Shown one piece after another: positions 32,109-40,106 of a stretch of 64,000 bases of DNA. The stretch's first letter is position 1, and every line of letters starts with the position of its first letter. The notes beneath the pieces are model-generated. The model saw nothing but the letters and a program-made list of their open reading frames with translations. It ran no database searches and was not told the DNA's origin. Position numbers and translations under genes: made by a program. The stretch covers positions 67,496 to 131,495 of the forward strand of contig JAHFRU010000006.1 in NCBI GenBank assembly GCA_023266115.1, in the 5' to 3' direction. Source of the DNA: Gammaproteobacteria bacterium. Its GTDB lineage: Bacteria > Pseudomonadota > Gammaproteobacteria > VBWC01.

Positions 32109-32510
32109 CTAGACGTAGTTGCCGCCCAGGTCCACCCCGTGTACGCGTTCACGTTCGTCGCGGCCATGGACCTCGTAACCCTTGTCGTGGTCCGGGTGAT
32201 GGCCTAACGCAGCATCGACCTGATAGCTGACAGTGCCACAGCGGTTTCGATCAGACGTGCCGCAGGATCTGGCGTGAAACAGCGCATAGAACGGATCCCA
32301 GCCCAGCATTGCGGTCAGCAGCGGGTAGAACGACGCTAATGCTGCGTAGCTTTCCCACGTCAACGATTTGGCAAGCTCGGGATGGGTCATCGAGATCTGT
32401 ATCTGGACGACCATGCCGGCGACCAAGGCCAGCCCGATCAGCACGCGGATAATCCTGTCCACGACACTGATATTTTCTACTACGCCAATTACCTCTCTGA
32501 CGCGTTTCAT
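32109..32510 (-). CDS. DUF2892 (YgaP-like) small membrane protein
   Basis: ENISVVDRIIRVLIGLALV...LLTAMLGWDPFYALF..RSC, two TM helices. AGGAGG RBS. Confidence 0.75.
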   Translation of the reverse strand: MKRVREVIGVVENISVVDRIIRVLIGLALVAGMVVQIQISMTHPELAKSLTWESYAALASFYPLLTAMLGWDPFYALFHARSCGTSDRNRCGTVSYQVDAALGHHPDHDKGYEVHGRDERERVHGVDLGGNYV

Positions 32511-32610
32511 GATGTATCACCTCCTGTGTACGATGCCCGATATTAAGCGGGCTATAACTGATTGGACAGCCGCCAGCCAGACAGTTCTGTGACTATGTTG
32601 CGCAACGCCG

Positions 32611-33279
32611 TCACGTCGCGATGTTCCGCAGAGAGGCCGCGTTCGTAATCTCAATCCACCCGCGATGCAGCTTTACCCAGCCGTAATGCTCGAATTCCTT
32701 CAATAATCGGCTGACTACTTCTCTCGCGGTACCGAGTTCGTTAGCCAGTTCCTGGTGAGTAAGGTGAATGGGGTTCTGCTGGGACATTTTTGTCAGCAGA
32801 AATTCGCCGAGGCGCTCATGCGTCGGCACGAACGCGACGGCTTCTATCACCGAAATCAGTTCGGTCACCTGGCTGTTGATGGAGCGGTAGACGAATTGCC
32901 TGAGTTGTGGTGACTGGTCCAGCGCGTCAAGAAACGGCCGTTTCGGAATCCTGACCAGTGTCAGCGCCATTTCCGCGATCGCGCTGGCCGTCAAACGGGT
33001 GCCACTGAGCAGGGCGCAGGCGGTCAGTGCGCAGGTTTGACCGGGTTCGACATGATAAAGCACAATTTCATGGCCGCCGCCGGTCGCCTTCTGCACCTTG
33101 ATGGAACCTTCGAGCACCAAAGTGTAATGGTTGCACGCGTCGCCTTCACAGAATACGGAGGTTCGCGCCGGTATGCGCGCCAGCCTCGCCGTCGCCGCCA
33201 TGATGTCCCACACAGGCTCATCGACCGCCCGTAACGCCGGATAGAGGTCAAACCATCCATTTGGCACGATTTCTGGCAT
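32611..33279 (-). CDS. Crp/Fnr family transcriptional regulator
   Basis: cNMP-like domain (VF.EGD.C...LVLEGSIKVQK...GHEIVLY.V.PGQTC) and HTH LTHQELANELGTAREVVSRLLKEFE. Confidence 0.92.
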   Translation of the reverse strand: MPEIVPNGWFDLYPALRAVDEPVWDIMAATARLARIPARTSVFCEGDACNHYTLVLEGSIKVQKATGGGHEIVLYHVEPGQTCALTACALLSGTRLTASAIAEMALTLVRIPKRPFLDALDQSPQLRQFVYRSINSQVTELISVIEAVAFVPTHERLGEFLLTKMSQQNPIHLTHQELANELGTAREVVSRLLKEFEHYGWVKLHRGWIEITNAASLRNIAT

Positions 33280-33423
33280 GGCGCGCTCGCGTACCCGGCG
33301 CTTGCACAATGCGATAGGCGCCGGCTGTCCTCGGCAAATGATAAATCTATAGACAGCAACATGCGTCGTTAAATCCCGTGTGGAATGTATTTCGCAGCGA
33401 TGATGGGTCCGCGCAAGCGGTCA

Positions 33424-34539
33424 CTAGGCCGGCTGATCCCGCCGCAATTTCTTGCGTGCTTCGTAAGCGCCGCGGGCGATACGGACATCTTCGAGGAAGT
33501 AGGGCAACTCCGCGAGCAACAATGCCTGCGGACCATCGACAAGCGCCTGCCTCGGCGCCGGATGAAAGTCGACCAGTATCATGTTGGCGCCGGCCACGAC
33601 TGCCTGCGCGGTGACATGAAAGAGGTCAAGTATGCCATCCGGATCCCGATCGCGGTTGCCGACCGAATGGGACGGGTCGATGCAGACCGGCATGCGCGTC
33701 AGGCGCTTGATTGCCGGAACCAGTGCGAAATCGACGAAATTGCGGTGCGGGTCATCATGATGGGTTTTCATGCCGCGCAGGCCGAATATCACCTTGCGGT
33801 TACCTTCGCTCGCCAGATACTCCGACGCGTTCAACGATTCATGCAGAGTGATGCCGAAGCCGCGTTTCAACAGCACCGGGAATTCATTTTGCCGACCCAC
33901 TGCCTTTAGCAGCTCGAAGTTCTGGGTGTTGCGCGTTCCGATCTGCAGCATCACTCCGGTCGGGCTGCCGGTGGTATCGAGCGCGTTCCGAATTTCGTCG
34001 ACGTGCGATTCGTGCGTGACCTCCATTGCGATGACCTTGATGCCGTATTTTCCGGCGAGCTCGAACGTGTAAGGCAGGCACGCCTTGCCGTGTCCCTGGA
34101 ACGCGTAGGGGCTGGAACGCGGCTTGTAAGCGCCCATGCGCGTACACACCTGGCTGTTGTCGCGCAACGCCCGCAACATCATCTCGACGTGTTCCGGATT
34201 GTCTACAGCGCATAGCCCGGCGAACACGTTCAGATTGTCCTGGCTGAAAAGAACACCGTTGTATTCGAAGTGCGTCGAGCGTTTGTCGTCCTTGTGGCGC
34301 CCGAGCACGCGGTATTCCCGTGAAATCCGCACGACGCGCTCGACACCCGGCAGCGCCTGCATGTCATCGGTCACCAATGCGCCGGTGTCGCCGACGAGGT
34401 AGATCTCTGTGAGCACCTGCTGTGTGCCGTGTTCTTCATGGGTGCGTATCTGAATGGCCGGCAGCTTGGACAAGTAGTCGATCAACGAAAGGTATTTGGG
34501 TCCTTGCTTGTCAATGTCGGATTCGAGGATCAGTATCAT
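33424..34539 (-). CDS. Class I-beta DAHP synthase (3-deoxy-7-phosphoheptulonate synthase) with N-terminal regulatory-type extension
   Basis: RMGAYKPRSSPYAFQG, QIGTRNTQNFELL, LLKRG, IDPSHSVG, DGPQAL. About 80-aa N-terminal domain ending LPGVERVVRIS. Confidence 0.85.
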   Translation of the reverse strand: MILILESDIDKQGPKYLSLIDYLSKLPAIQIRTHEEHGTQQVLTEIYLVGDTGALVTDDMQALPGVERVVRISREYRVLGRHKDDKRSTHFEYNGVLFSQDNLNVFAGLCAVDNPEHVEMMLRALRDNSQVCTRMGAYKPRSSPYAFQGHGKACLPYTFELAGKYGIKVIAMEVTHESHVDEIRNALDTTGSPTGVMLQIGTRNTQNFELLKAVGRQNEFPVLLKRGFGITLHESLNASEYLASEGNRKVIFGLRGMKTHHDDPHRNFVDFALVPAIKRLTRMPVCIDPSHSVGNRDRDPDGILDLFHVTAQAVVAGANMILVDFHPAPRQALVDGPQALLLAELPYFLEDVRIARGAYEARKKLRRDQPA

Positions 34540-34607
34540 AAGGCTGGGTGACTCGCTGTTAGTCGATTGCCAATAGTTTGTCCGTTAATTCTTGTCATTC
34601 CGGCCGT

Positions 34608-35507
34608 TCATTGCCGGGCGTCGAGATACCGGCGTTCCAGATCATGGTACGCGTCGATGCGCCGGTCGCGCAGGTAGGGCCAGACGCGGCGTACCTGTTC
34701 GCAGCGATCGAAATCGACTTCCGCGTTGATCACCGCCGGCTGATCCGCAGTGGCCGTCACGATCGTTTCCCCCTGCGGTCCCGAGACGAAGCTCGATCCC
34801 CAGAAATCGATACCGGCGGACTGCCCGGACGGATCGTCTTCGTGGCCGGTACGATTGCAGACAATCACCGGACTCCCGTTGGCGATTGCGTGGGCGCGCT
34901 GCACGGTGATCCACGCATCGCGCTGACGCTGACGTTCCGCCAGTTCATCGTCGGGATTCCAGCCGATCGCCGTCGGATAGATCAGCAGGTCAGCTCCCGC
35001 CAGCGTCATCAATCGCGCCGCTTCGGGAAACCACTGGTCCCAGCAGATCAGCACACCCAGGCGTCCGACGGTTGTGTTGATCGGGGTAAAGCCGAGATCG
35101 CCGGGGGCAAAGTAATATTTCTCGTAGTAGCCGGGGTCGTCCGGGATATGCATCTTGCGGTAAATGCCGGCGAGCGAGCCGTCACTGTCGATGACGGCTG
35201 CAGTATTATGATAAACACCGCGCGCACGGCGTTCGAACAGTGAGCCGACGATAACCGTTCCGAGTTCCTCCGCCAGCTGCGACAGCCGCTGCGTGGTCGG
35301 ACCGGGAATGGTTTCCGCCAGGTCGAAATTGGCATCATTCTCCGTCTGGCAAAAATACCGGGTGTTGTGCAGTTCCGGCAGGATCACGAGTCGAGCACCG
35401 TTGCCGGCAGCCTCGCGTATGCCGGCAACGCAGTTGTTGAGATTGGTCGCGGTATCGGCCGAGCACTCGTGCTGTACCAGTCCGACTGTCAATTTCCCGG
35501 TTACCAT
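34608..35507 (-). CDS. Carbon-nitrogen hydrolase (N-carbamoylputrescine amidase-like)
   Basis: Nitrilase triad: LPELH (E), YRKMHIPDDPGYYEKYYF (K), LICWDQWFPEAAR (C). Adjacent to the agmatine deiminase-like gene. Confidence 0.9.
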   Translation of the reverse strand: MVTGKLTVGLVQHECSADTATNLNNCVAGIREAAGNGARLVILPELHNTRYFCQTENDANFDLAETIPGPTTQRLSQLAEELGTVIVGSLFERRARGVYHNTAAVIDSDGSLAGIYRKMHIPDDPGYYEKYYFAPGDLGFTPINTTVGRLGVLICWDQWFPEAARLMTLAGADLLIYPTAIGWNPDDELAERQRQRDAWITVQRAHAIANGSPVIVCNRTGHEDDPSGQSAGIDFWGSSFVSGPQGETIVTATADQPAVINAEVDFDRCEQVRRVWPYLRDRRIDAYHDLERRYLDARQ

Positions 35508-35588
35508 GGTTTCGGTGTTCCTGAATTTTCGGGGGCGCGGCCTTATTGTAAAACATCCGCGCCGGATTGCAGTGGTAAAGCGTGGTGC

Positions 35589-36623
35589 TCAGCGATCGGC
35601 CGGGAGCTGCATGGTGACACAGTGCAGGCTGCCGCCCTGGGTAATCAGCGGCAACGACGGTACTCCGACAATCTCGCGCTTGGGAAAGCAGTCGCGCAAG
35701 CGTTGCAGCGCCACGACGTCTGCCGGATCATCGTAGGTGGGTACGAGAACCGCGCCATTGATGATCAGGAAGTTCGCGTAGCCGGCTGGCAGCCGACGTC
35801 CGTCCTCGCCATATTTCGGCTGTGGCCACGGCAGCGGCACGAGACGGTAGGGTGCCCCGGTCCAGGAGTGGAATGCATGTAGCTCCTTCTGCATCCGTGC
35901 CAGCGGCCCGTAATGTTCGTCAGCGGGGTCATCGCAGGTGACATAGGCGATTGTGTCGGGATCGCAGAATCTTGCCAGGATATCGATGTGGCTATCCGTG
36001 TCGTCGCCGGCAAGATGCCCCTCGGTCAGCCACAGCACGCGTTTGATACCGAGGGTTTCGTGCAGCTTCGCTTCTATCGCCGCGCGGTCGCATGAGGGGT
36101 TGCGCGACGGCGCCAGCAGACAGCTTGCAGTTGTCAGCAACGTTCCGTGCCCGTCGACATCGATGCTGCCGCCTTCGAGTACGAAATCGATATGGCGCAA
36201 GGTGGTGTCGGCGAATGCCCCCTGCGCGTGGATGCTTGTGGTAACGTCATTGTCCAGTGTGGCGGAAAATTTCCCGCCCCAACCGTTGAACACGAAATCC
36301 ATCAACACCTTGCCATCGGCGCCGAAGACGGTGATCGGTCCATGGTCACGTACCCAGCAGTCGTTGGACGGTGCGATGAACGTGGACAGACGTGTTGAGT
36401 CGAGTCCTCGGGACGTTAGCAGATGAGTGACGTGCCGCCGATGGTTAACGTCGTGGCAGACGACGATCAGGTTTTCGAAACGGGCAATATGTGCGGCGAG
36501 ATCGACAAAGACCCGTTCGGCGCCCGGCAAATTGCTGCCCCAGTCGGAGCGGTCATGCGGCCAGGTGAGCAATACACCGCGTTGTGGCGCCCATTCGGGC
36601 GGCAGGAAATAGGTATTACGCAT
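35589..36623 (-). CDS. Agmatine deiminase / peptidylarginine deiminase family protein
   Basis: PPEWAPQ..VLLTWPH, WVRDHGP, LEGGSIDVDG.GTLLTT, GDDTDSHID, YANFLI, GGSLHCVTMQ (catalytic Cys). Confidence 0.92.
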   Translation of the reverse strand: MRNTYFLPPEWAPQRGVLLTWPHDRSDWGSNLPGAERVFVDLAAHIARFENLIVVCHDVNHRRHVTHLLTSRGLDSTRLSTFIAPSNDCWVRDHGPITVFGADGKVLMDFVFNGWGGKFSATLDNDVTTSIHAQGAFADTTLRHIDFVLEGGSIDVDGHGTLLTTASCLLAPSRNPSCDRAAIEAKLHETLGIKRVLWLTEGHLAGDDTDSHIDILARFCDPDTIAYVTCDDPADEHYGPLARMQKELHAFHSWTGAPYRLVPLPWPQPKYGEDGRRLPAGYANFLIINGAVLVPTYDDPADVVALQRLRDCFPKREIVGVPSLPLITQGGSLHCVTMQLPADR

Positions 36624-36703
36624 AAGCAATCCGTGAGTTGTAGTGAGATAGACAAGAATCGGCAGACGATGGCAATCCGCGATGCGCACCGTCAGGCGCC
36701 GCT

Positions 36704-36985
36704 TCAGGGTGTGGCGGGTGCGATCACTGTATGAATCACATACTGGCCCTCTAAGTATACGGTATATTCCGCGTATCCCCAGCGAGTGATCGGCGGGTCG
36801 CCTGCCGGTGCAAGCTTTCGCAGCGGTGTGCCGAAACGGCTTTCCACATCCTGCATAGACATGCCGCGGTTCGGTTACCCGGTGACTGAGCGTGCGTCGC
36901 CTGGACTTCCGTTGTCAGCGATGGCGCTGACTCCTCCAGGCGACAGCATGGCGGTGACTAGGGCGCAAATCAGTGTTTTTTTCAC
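36704..36985 (-). pseudogene. Small secreted protein (P-x-RGMSM...PPITRW motif family) interrupted by in-frame TAA at 36875-36877
   Basis: Hand translation: VKKTLICALVTAMLSPGGVSAIADNGSPGDARSVTG*PNRGMSMQDVESRFGTPLRKLAPAGDPPITRWGYAEYTVYLEGQYVIHTVIAPATP. AGGA RBS before GTG 36985. Confidence 0.7.
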
Positions 36986-37109
36986 TACAGTTTTCCTGAT
37001 AGCGGGCCCGATGTCCGAGGCAAGGTGGGGAAGAGAATACCGTGCTGCGAAACCCCGCGTAAAGACAGCGCCGTCAGAGGATGCCCGCCGCCACCGGTCG
37101 TGGGACGGA

Positions 37110-38054
37110 TCAGGCGGCGGGGGCTGCTTCGTAGGCAATGACGCAGTTGCGGCCGGCCGATTTCGCCTGGTACATGGCGACATCTGCCTTGTCGAACAGC
37201 GATTCCCGTGTGTCGGCGGCATCGGCGGTGGCAAGTCCGATGCTGACGGTGAGCGGGATGTGCCGGTTATTGGCCGTGATGGTCCTGGATTCAATTGCTT
37301 TTCGGACGCGCTCGGCAAGCAATGTCGCGCCCCTAAGTCCGGTATTGCTCAATATGATCGTAAATTCTTCGCCACCGTAGCGGAACAGGATATCGGAGCT
37401 GCGCATACATTCGGCAATGATATCGGTCACGGCCTTAAGTACATGGTCGCCGGCCAGATGCCCGTGCGTATCGTTGATCTGCTTGAATCTGTCGATATCC
37501 AGCGTGATCAACGTCAGCGGGGTCTTGTGACGCCGCGCCAGCTCAAGCTCGCGTGCCAGTGTAATGTCCATCGCGGCACGATTATTAATGCCGGTTAGCG
37601 GGTCTTTTAGAGCGGCCTGCTGAGCGTTGCGGAATAGCAATGAGTTTCGTAATGGATAAACCAGGCTGCACAGCAGCTTCTCGAGAAGCGCGGTTTCCTG
37701 CGGCGAAAATTTTTTGCTGCGGGTCAGTTTGATCTGGCCCAGTGATTGCCCGCAGACCACCAATTGATAGCTGCACGAATTCCGTGCTTTGTCGCCGACT
37801 TCGACGGTGATCTGCTGTTCCAGATAGTGATAGTGGATGCTGTGATGAGGCAGTATAGATTTGATTTCAATGGAAAATGTCTCGATTACCTTATTGACGT
37901 CCAGCGATGTCTGCAGCGCTCCCGTAATATGCAGCAGCCGATTCAGGTATTGTTTGCCAGGACCGGAATCGTCTAGCTGCGGTGACGCCGGCACCTCCAG
38001 GTTTCGCAACCCGGCGTCGTCTAGCACCGTTTTTGATTGTGTTACGCCTGACAC
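37110..38054 (-). CDS. Diguanylate cyclase (GGDEF) with N-terminal GAF-like region
   Basis: DPLTGINNR, LDIDRFKQINDTHGHLAGD, RSSD I-site, RYGGEEF active site, AMYQAKSAGRN. GTG start chosen from the GGGAGAG RBS. Confidence 0.92.
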   Translation of the reverse strand: MSGVTQSKTVLDDAGLRNLEVPASPQLDDSGPGKQYLNRLLHITGALQTSLDVNKVIETFSIEIKSILPHHSIHYHYLEQQITVEVGDKARNSCSYQLVVCGQSLGQIKLTRSKKFSPQETALLEKLLCSLVYPLRNSLLFRNAQQAALKDPLTGINNRAAMDITLARELELARRHKTPLTLITLDIDRFKQINDTHGHLAGDHVLKAVTDIIAECMRSSDILFRYGGEEFTIILSNTGLRGATLLAERVRKAIESRTITANNRHIPLTVSIGLATADAADTRESLFDKADVAMYQAKSAGRNCVIAYEAAPAA

Positions 38055-38099
38055 GAGAAATATCTCTCCCAGTTGCCCTCGATGACGCCGTGGTAGACA

Positions 38100-38115
38100 T
38101 GCTATTTCTGTGCCA
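38100..38115 (-). promoter_or_regulatory. Sigma-54 (-24/-12) promoter of the diguanylate cyclase
   Basis: Minus strand TGGCACAGAAATAGCA = TGGCAC-N5-TAGCA with exact GG-N10-GC spacing, about 45 nt before the start codon. Confidence 0.65.
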
Positions 38116-38340
38116 TGGGTCGGGCGACGCGGATATTTGGGAATTAGATTCAGTTGGTTAGCGGTTTTTGTTATAATTCGTAAGCATTTCCGACAGCGCT
38201 TGCCAATAATCTGGCGGAAAAGTGGCATTTTATCTCCGCAACGGCGGTAATATTGCGCGAGAGTGAAGGCCGAATCTGAATGATAATTCTTTTATGACAT
38301 CTATTTTTACAATCGGGCGGCAGACGGAGTGCCGGTAGTC

Positions 38341-40089
38341 ATGGTGCGCGCTGAAGCAGTCAAAAACTTCGAAGACCTTGAGGCGTTGCTGACGACACGC
38401 AGCTGGGCGTCTCAGCCGGAGATATACCTGGGCGACGCCCTCGTCGACGGCGGGGTGATCAACCGACAGCAGTTGGCGCAGGCGCTTGAGCTGCAGCGCG
38501 AGCAGGTTGGCAAGCATCTTGGCCGTATCCTGGTCGAAATGGGTTTGATCACCACCGAGCAGATCAATACCGCGCTCGCCAGAAAATTTCATATTCCGTA
38601 CGTCAAGCTCGATGACTTCGACATATCGCCACAGATTTTGTCGCGGGTGCCAGCCGATATCGCGCTGCAATATAACTTGTTGCCGCTGGGGAAATCCGGC
38701 GGGCGCCTGATCGTTGCGATGGAGAATCCTCTCGACAGCACCGGCATCGAAGTGCTGCGCTTCAACACAAATCTAAATATTGAAACGGTCATTGCCGCCC
38801 CCGACGACATCGCCCGGGCGCGCAGCAAATACTACAGCCAGGCGGACGAGGACGCGGCGCTGGAAGACATGGCATTGCAGGCCGTTGAGGACTTCCCGGG
38901 CGGCGAAGAAGCCATCCACCTGATCGAACAGCAGGCAAAGAAGAAACCCATTGTTCGGCTGCTGAACGCCATATTGTTGCAGGCTGTGACACGTGGCGCT
39001 TCCGACATCAACATCCGTCCGGAAGGAGATCGTATCGCGATCTATTACCGTATCGATGGCAAGGTGCAGTTCTCCCGGGCGTTGCCGCGTTCCGTGCTGC
39101 CGACCCTGGTGAGTCGCGTCAAGATCATTGGTCAGATGGACATCGCTGAACGGCGCTTGCCACAGGACGGTCATGCCCGCATGGTGCGCGGCCGGCAGAC
39201 CATAGACCTGCGTATTTCCATTATTCCGACCGTCAAGGGCGAAAGCGTTGTTATCCGTATCCTCGACAAGGAAGCGGGTATGAAAACGCTTGACCGGCTT
39301 GGTATGAATCCGACCGAGGTTCACACCGTCAAACGGTTGCTGAATCGGGCCCATGGCATGTTTCTGGTAACCGGGCCGACCGGGTCCGGTAAATCAACGA
39401 CGCTTTACGCATTGCTGAACGAGCTGAAGAAACGCGGGCCGCACATTCTGACCGTCGAGGACCCTGTCGAGTATGATATCGAGAATATCGAACAGGTGCA
39501 GATTTCCAAGGTAAAAGGGACGACGTTTTCATCAGTATTGCGTCACTTCCTGCGGCATGATCCGGACGTTATTATGGTTGGCGAGATCCGCGATCAGGAA
39601 ACGGCCAAGATTGCTGCCAAGGCATCGCTGACCGGGCATCTGGTCCTGAGTACCCTGCATACCAATGATGCGGCGAGTGCCGTGACCCGTCTTGCCGATA
39701 TGGGTATTGAATCGTATCTGCTGAGCACGACGATGCTTGGCGTTATGGCGCAGCGATTGATTCGCTTGAATTGCGAGATATGCAAGGCGGATGTTCATGT
39801 CGAGCCGTATATGCGACGTGCACTGAATCTTGGCGAACACGAAAAGTTTTTCAGTGGCAAAGGCTGCATGGAGTGCAATTTTACCGGTTATCGCGGGCGT
39901 ACGTCGGCGTGCGAATTGCTGGTGGTTACACCGGAAATCGCCAATCTGATTGTTGCCGGAAAACCGAGTAACGTTATTACGGAAATGGCCGTATCACAGG
40001 GTATGACACGCTTGCGCGACAATGCCTTGAATCTGGCAAGATCAGGACGCACCTCGATCGAGGAAGTGATTGGCATCGCGCTGGAGTAG
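38341..40089 (+). CDS. GspE/PulE/PilB-family secretion/pilus ATPase with MshEN-like N-terminal domain
   Basis: ASDINIRP, MDIAERRLPQDG, Walker A GPTGSGKST, EDPVE, Walker B IMVGEIRD, STLHTND, CxxC...CxxC zinc motif. N-terminal tandem xLGxxLVxxGxI repeats. Confidence 0.93.
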   Translation: MVRAEAVKNFEDLEALLTTRSWASQPEIYLGDALVDGGVINRQQLAQALELQREQVGKHLGRILVEMGLITTEQINTALARKFHIPYVKLDDFDISPQILSRVPADIALQYNLLPLGKSGGRLIVAMENPLDSTGIEVLRFNTNLNIETVIAAPDDIARARSKYYSQADEDAALEDMALQAVEDFPGGEEAIHLIEQQAKKKPIVRLLNAILLQAVTRGASDINIRPEGDRIAIYYRIDGKVQFSRALPRSVLPTLVSRVKIIGQMDIAERRLPQDGHARMVRGRQTIDLRISIIPTVKGESVVIRILDKEAGMKTLDRLGMNPTEVHTVKRLLNRAHGMFLVTGPTGSGKSTTLYALLNELKKRGPHILTVEDPVEYDIENIEQVQISKVKGTTFSSVLRHFLRHDPDVIMVGEIRDQETAKIAAKASLTGHLVLSTLHTNDAASAVTRLADMGIESYLLSTTMLGVMAQRLIRLNCEICKADVHVEPYMRRALNLGEHEKFFSGKGCMECNFTGYRGRTSACELLVVTPEIANLIVAGKPSNVITEMAVSQGMTRLRDNALNLARSGRTSIEEVIGIALE

Positions 40090-40106
40090 ACTTCCGCCTG
40101 ATGACT

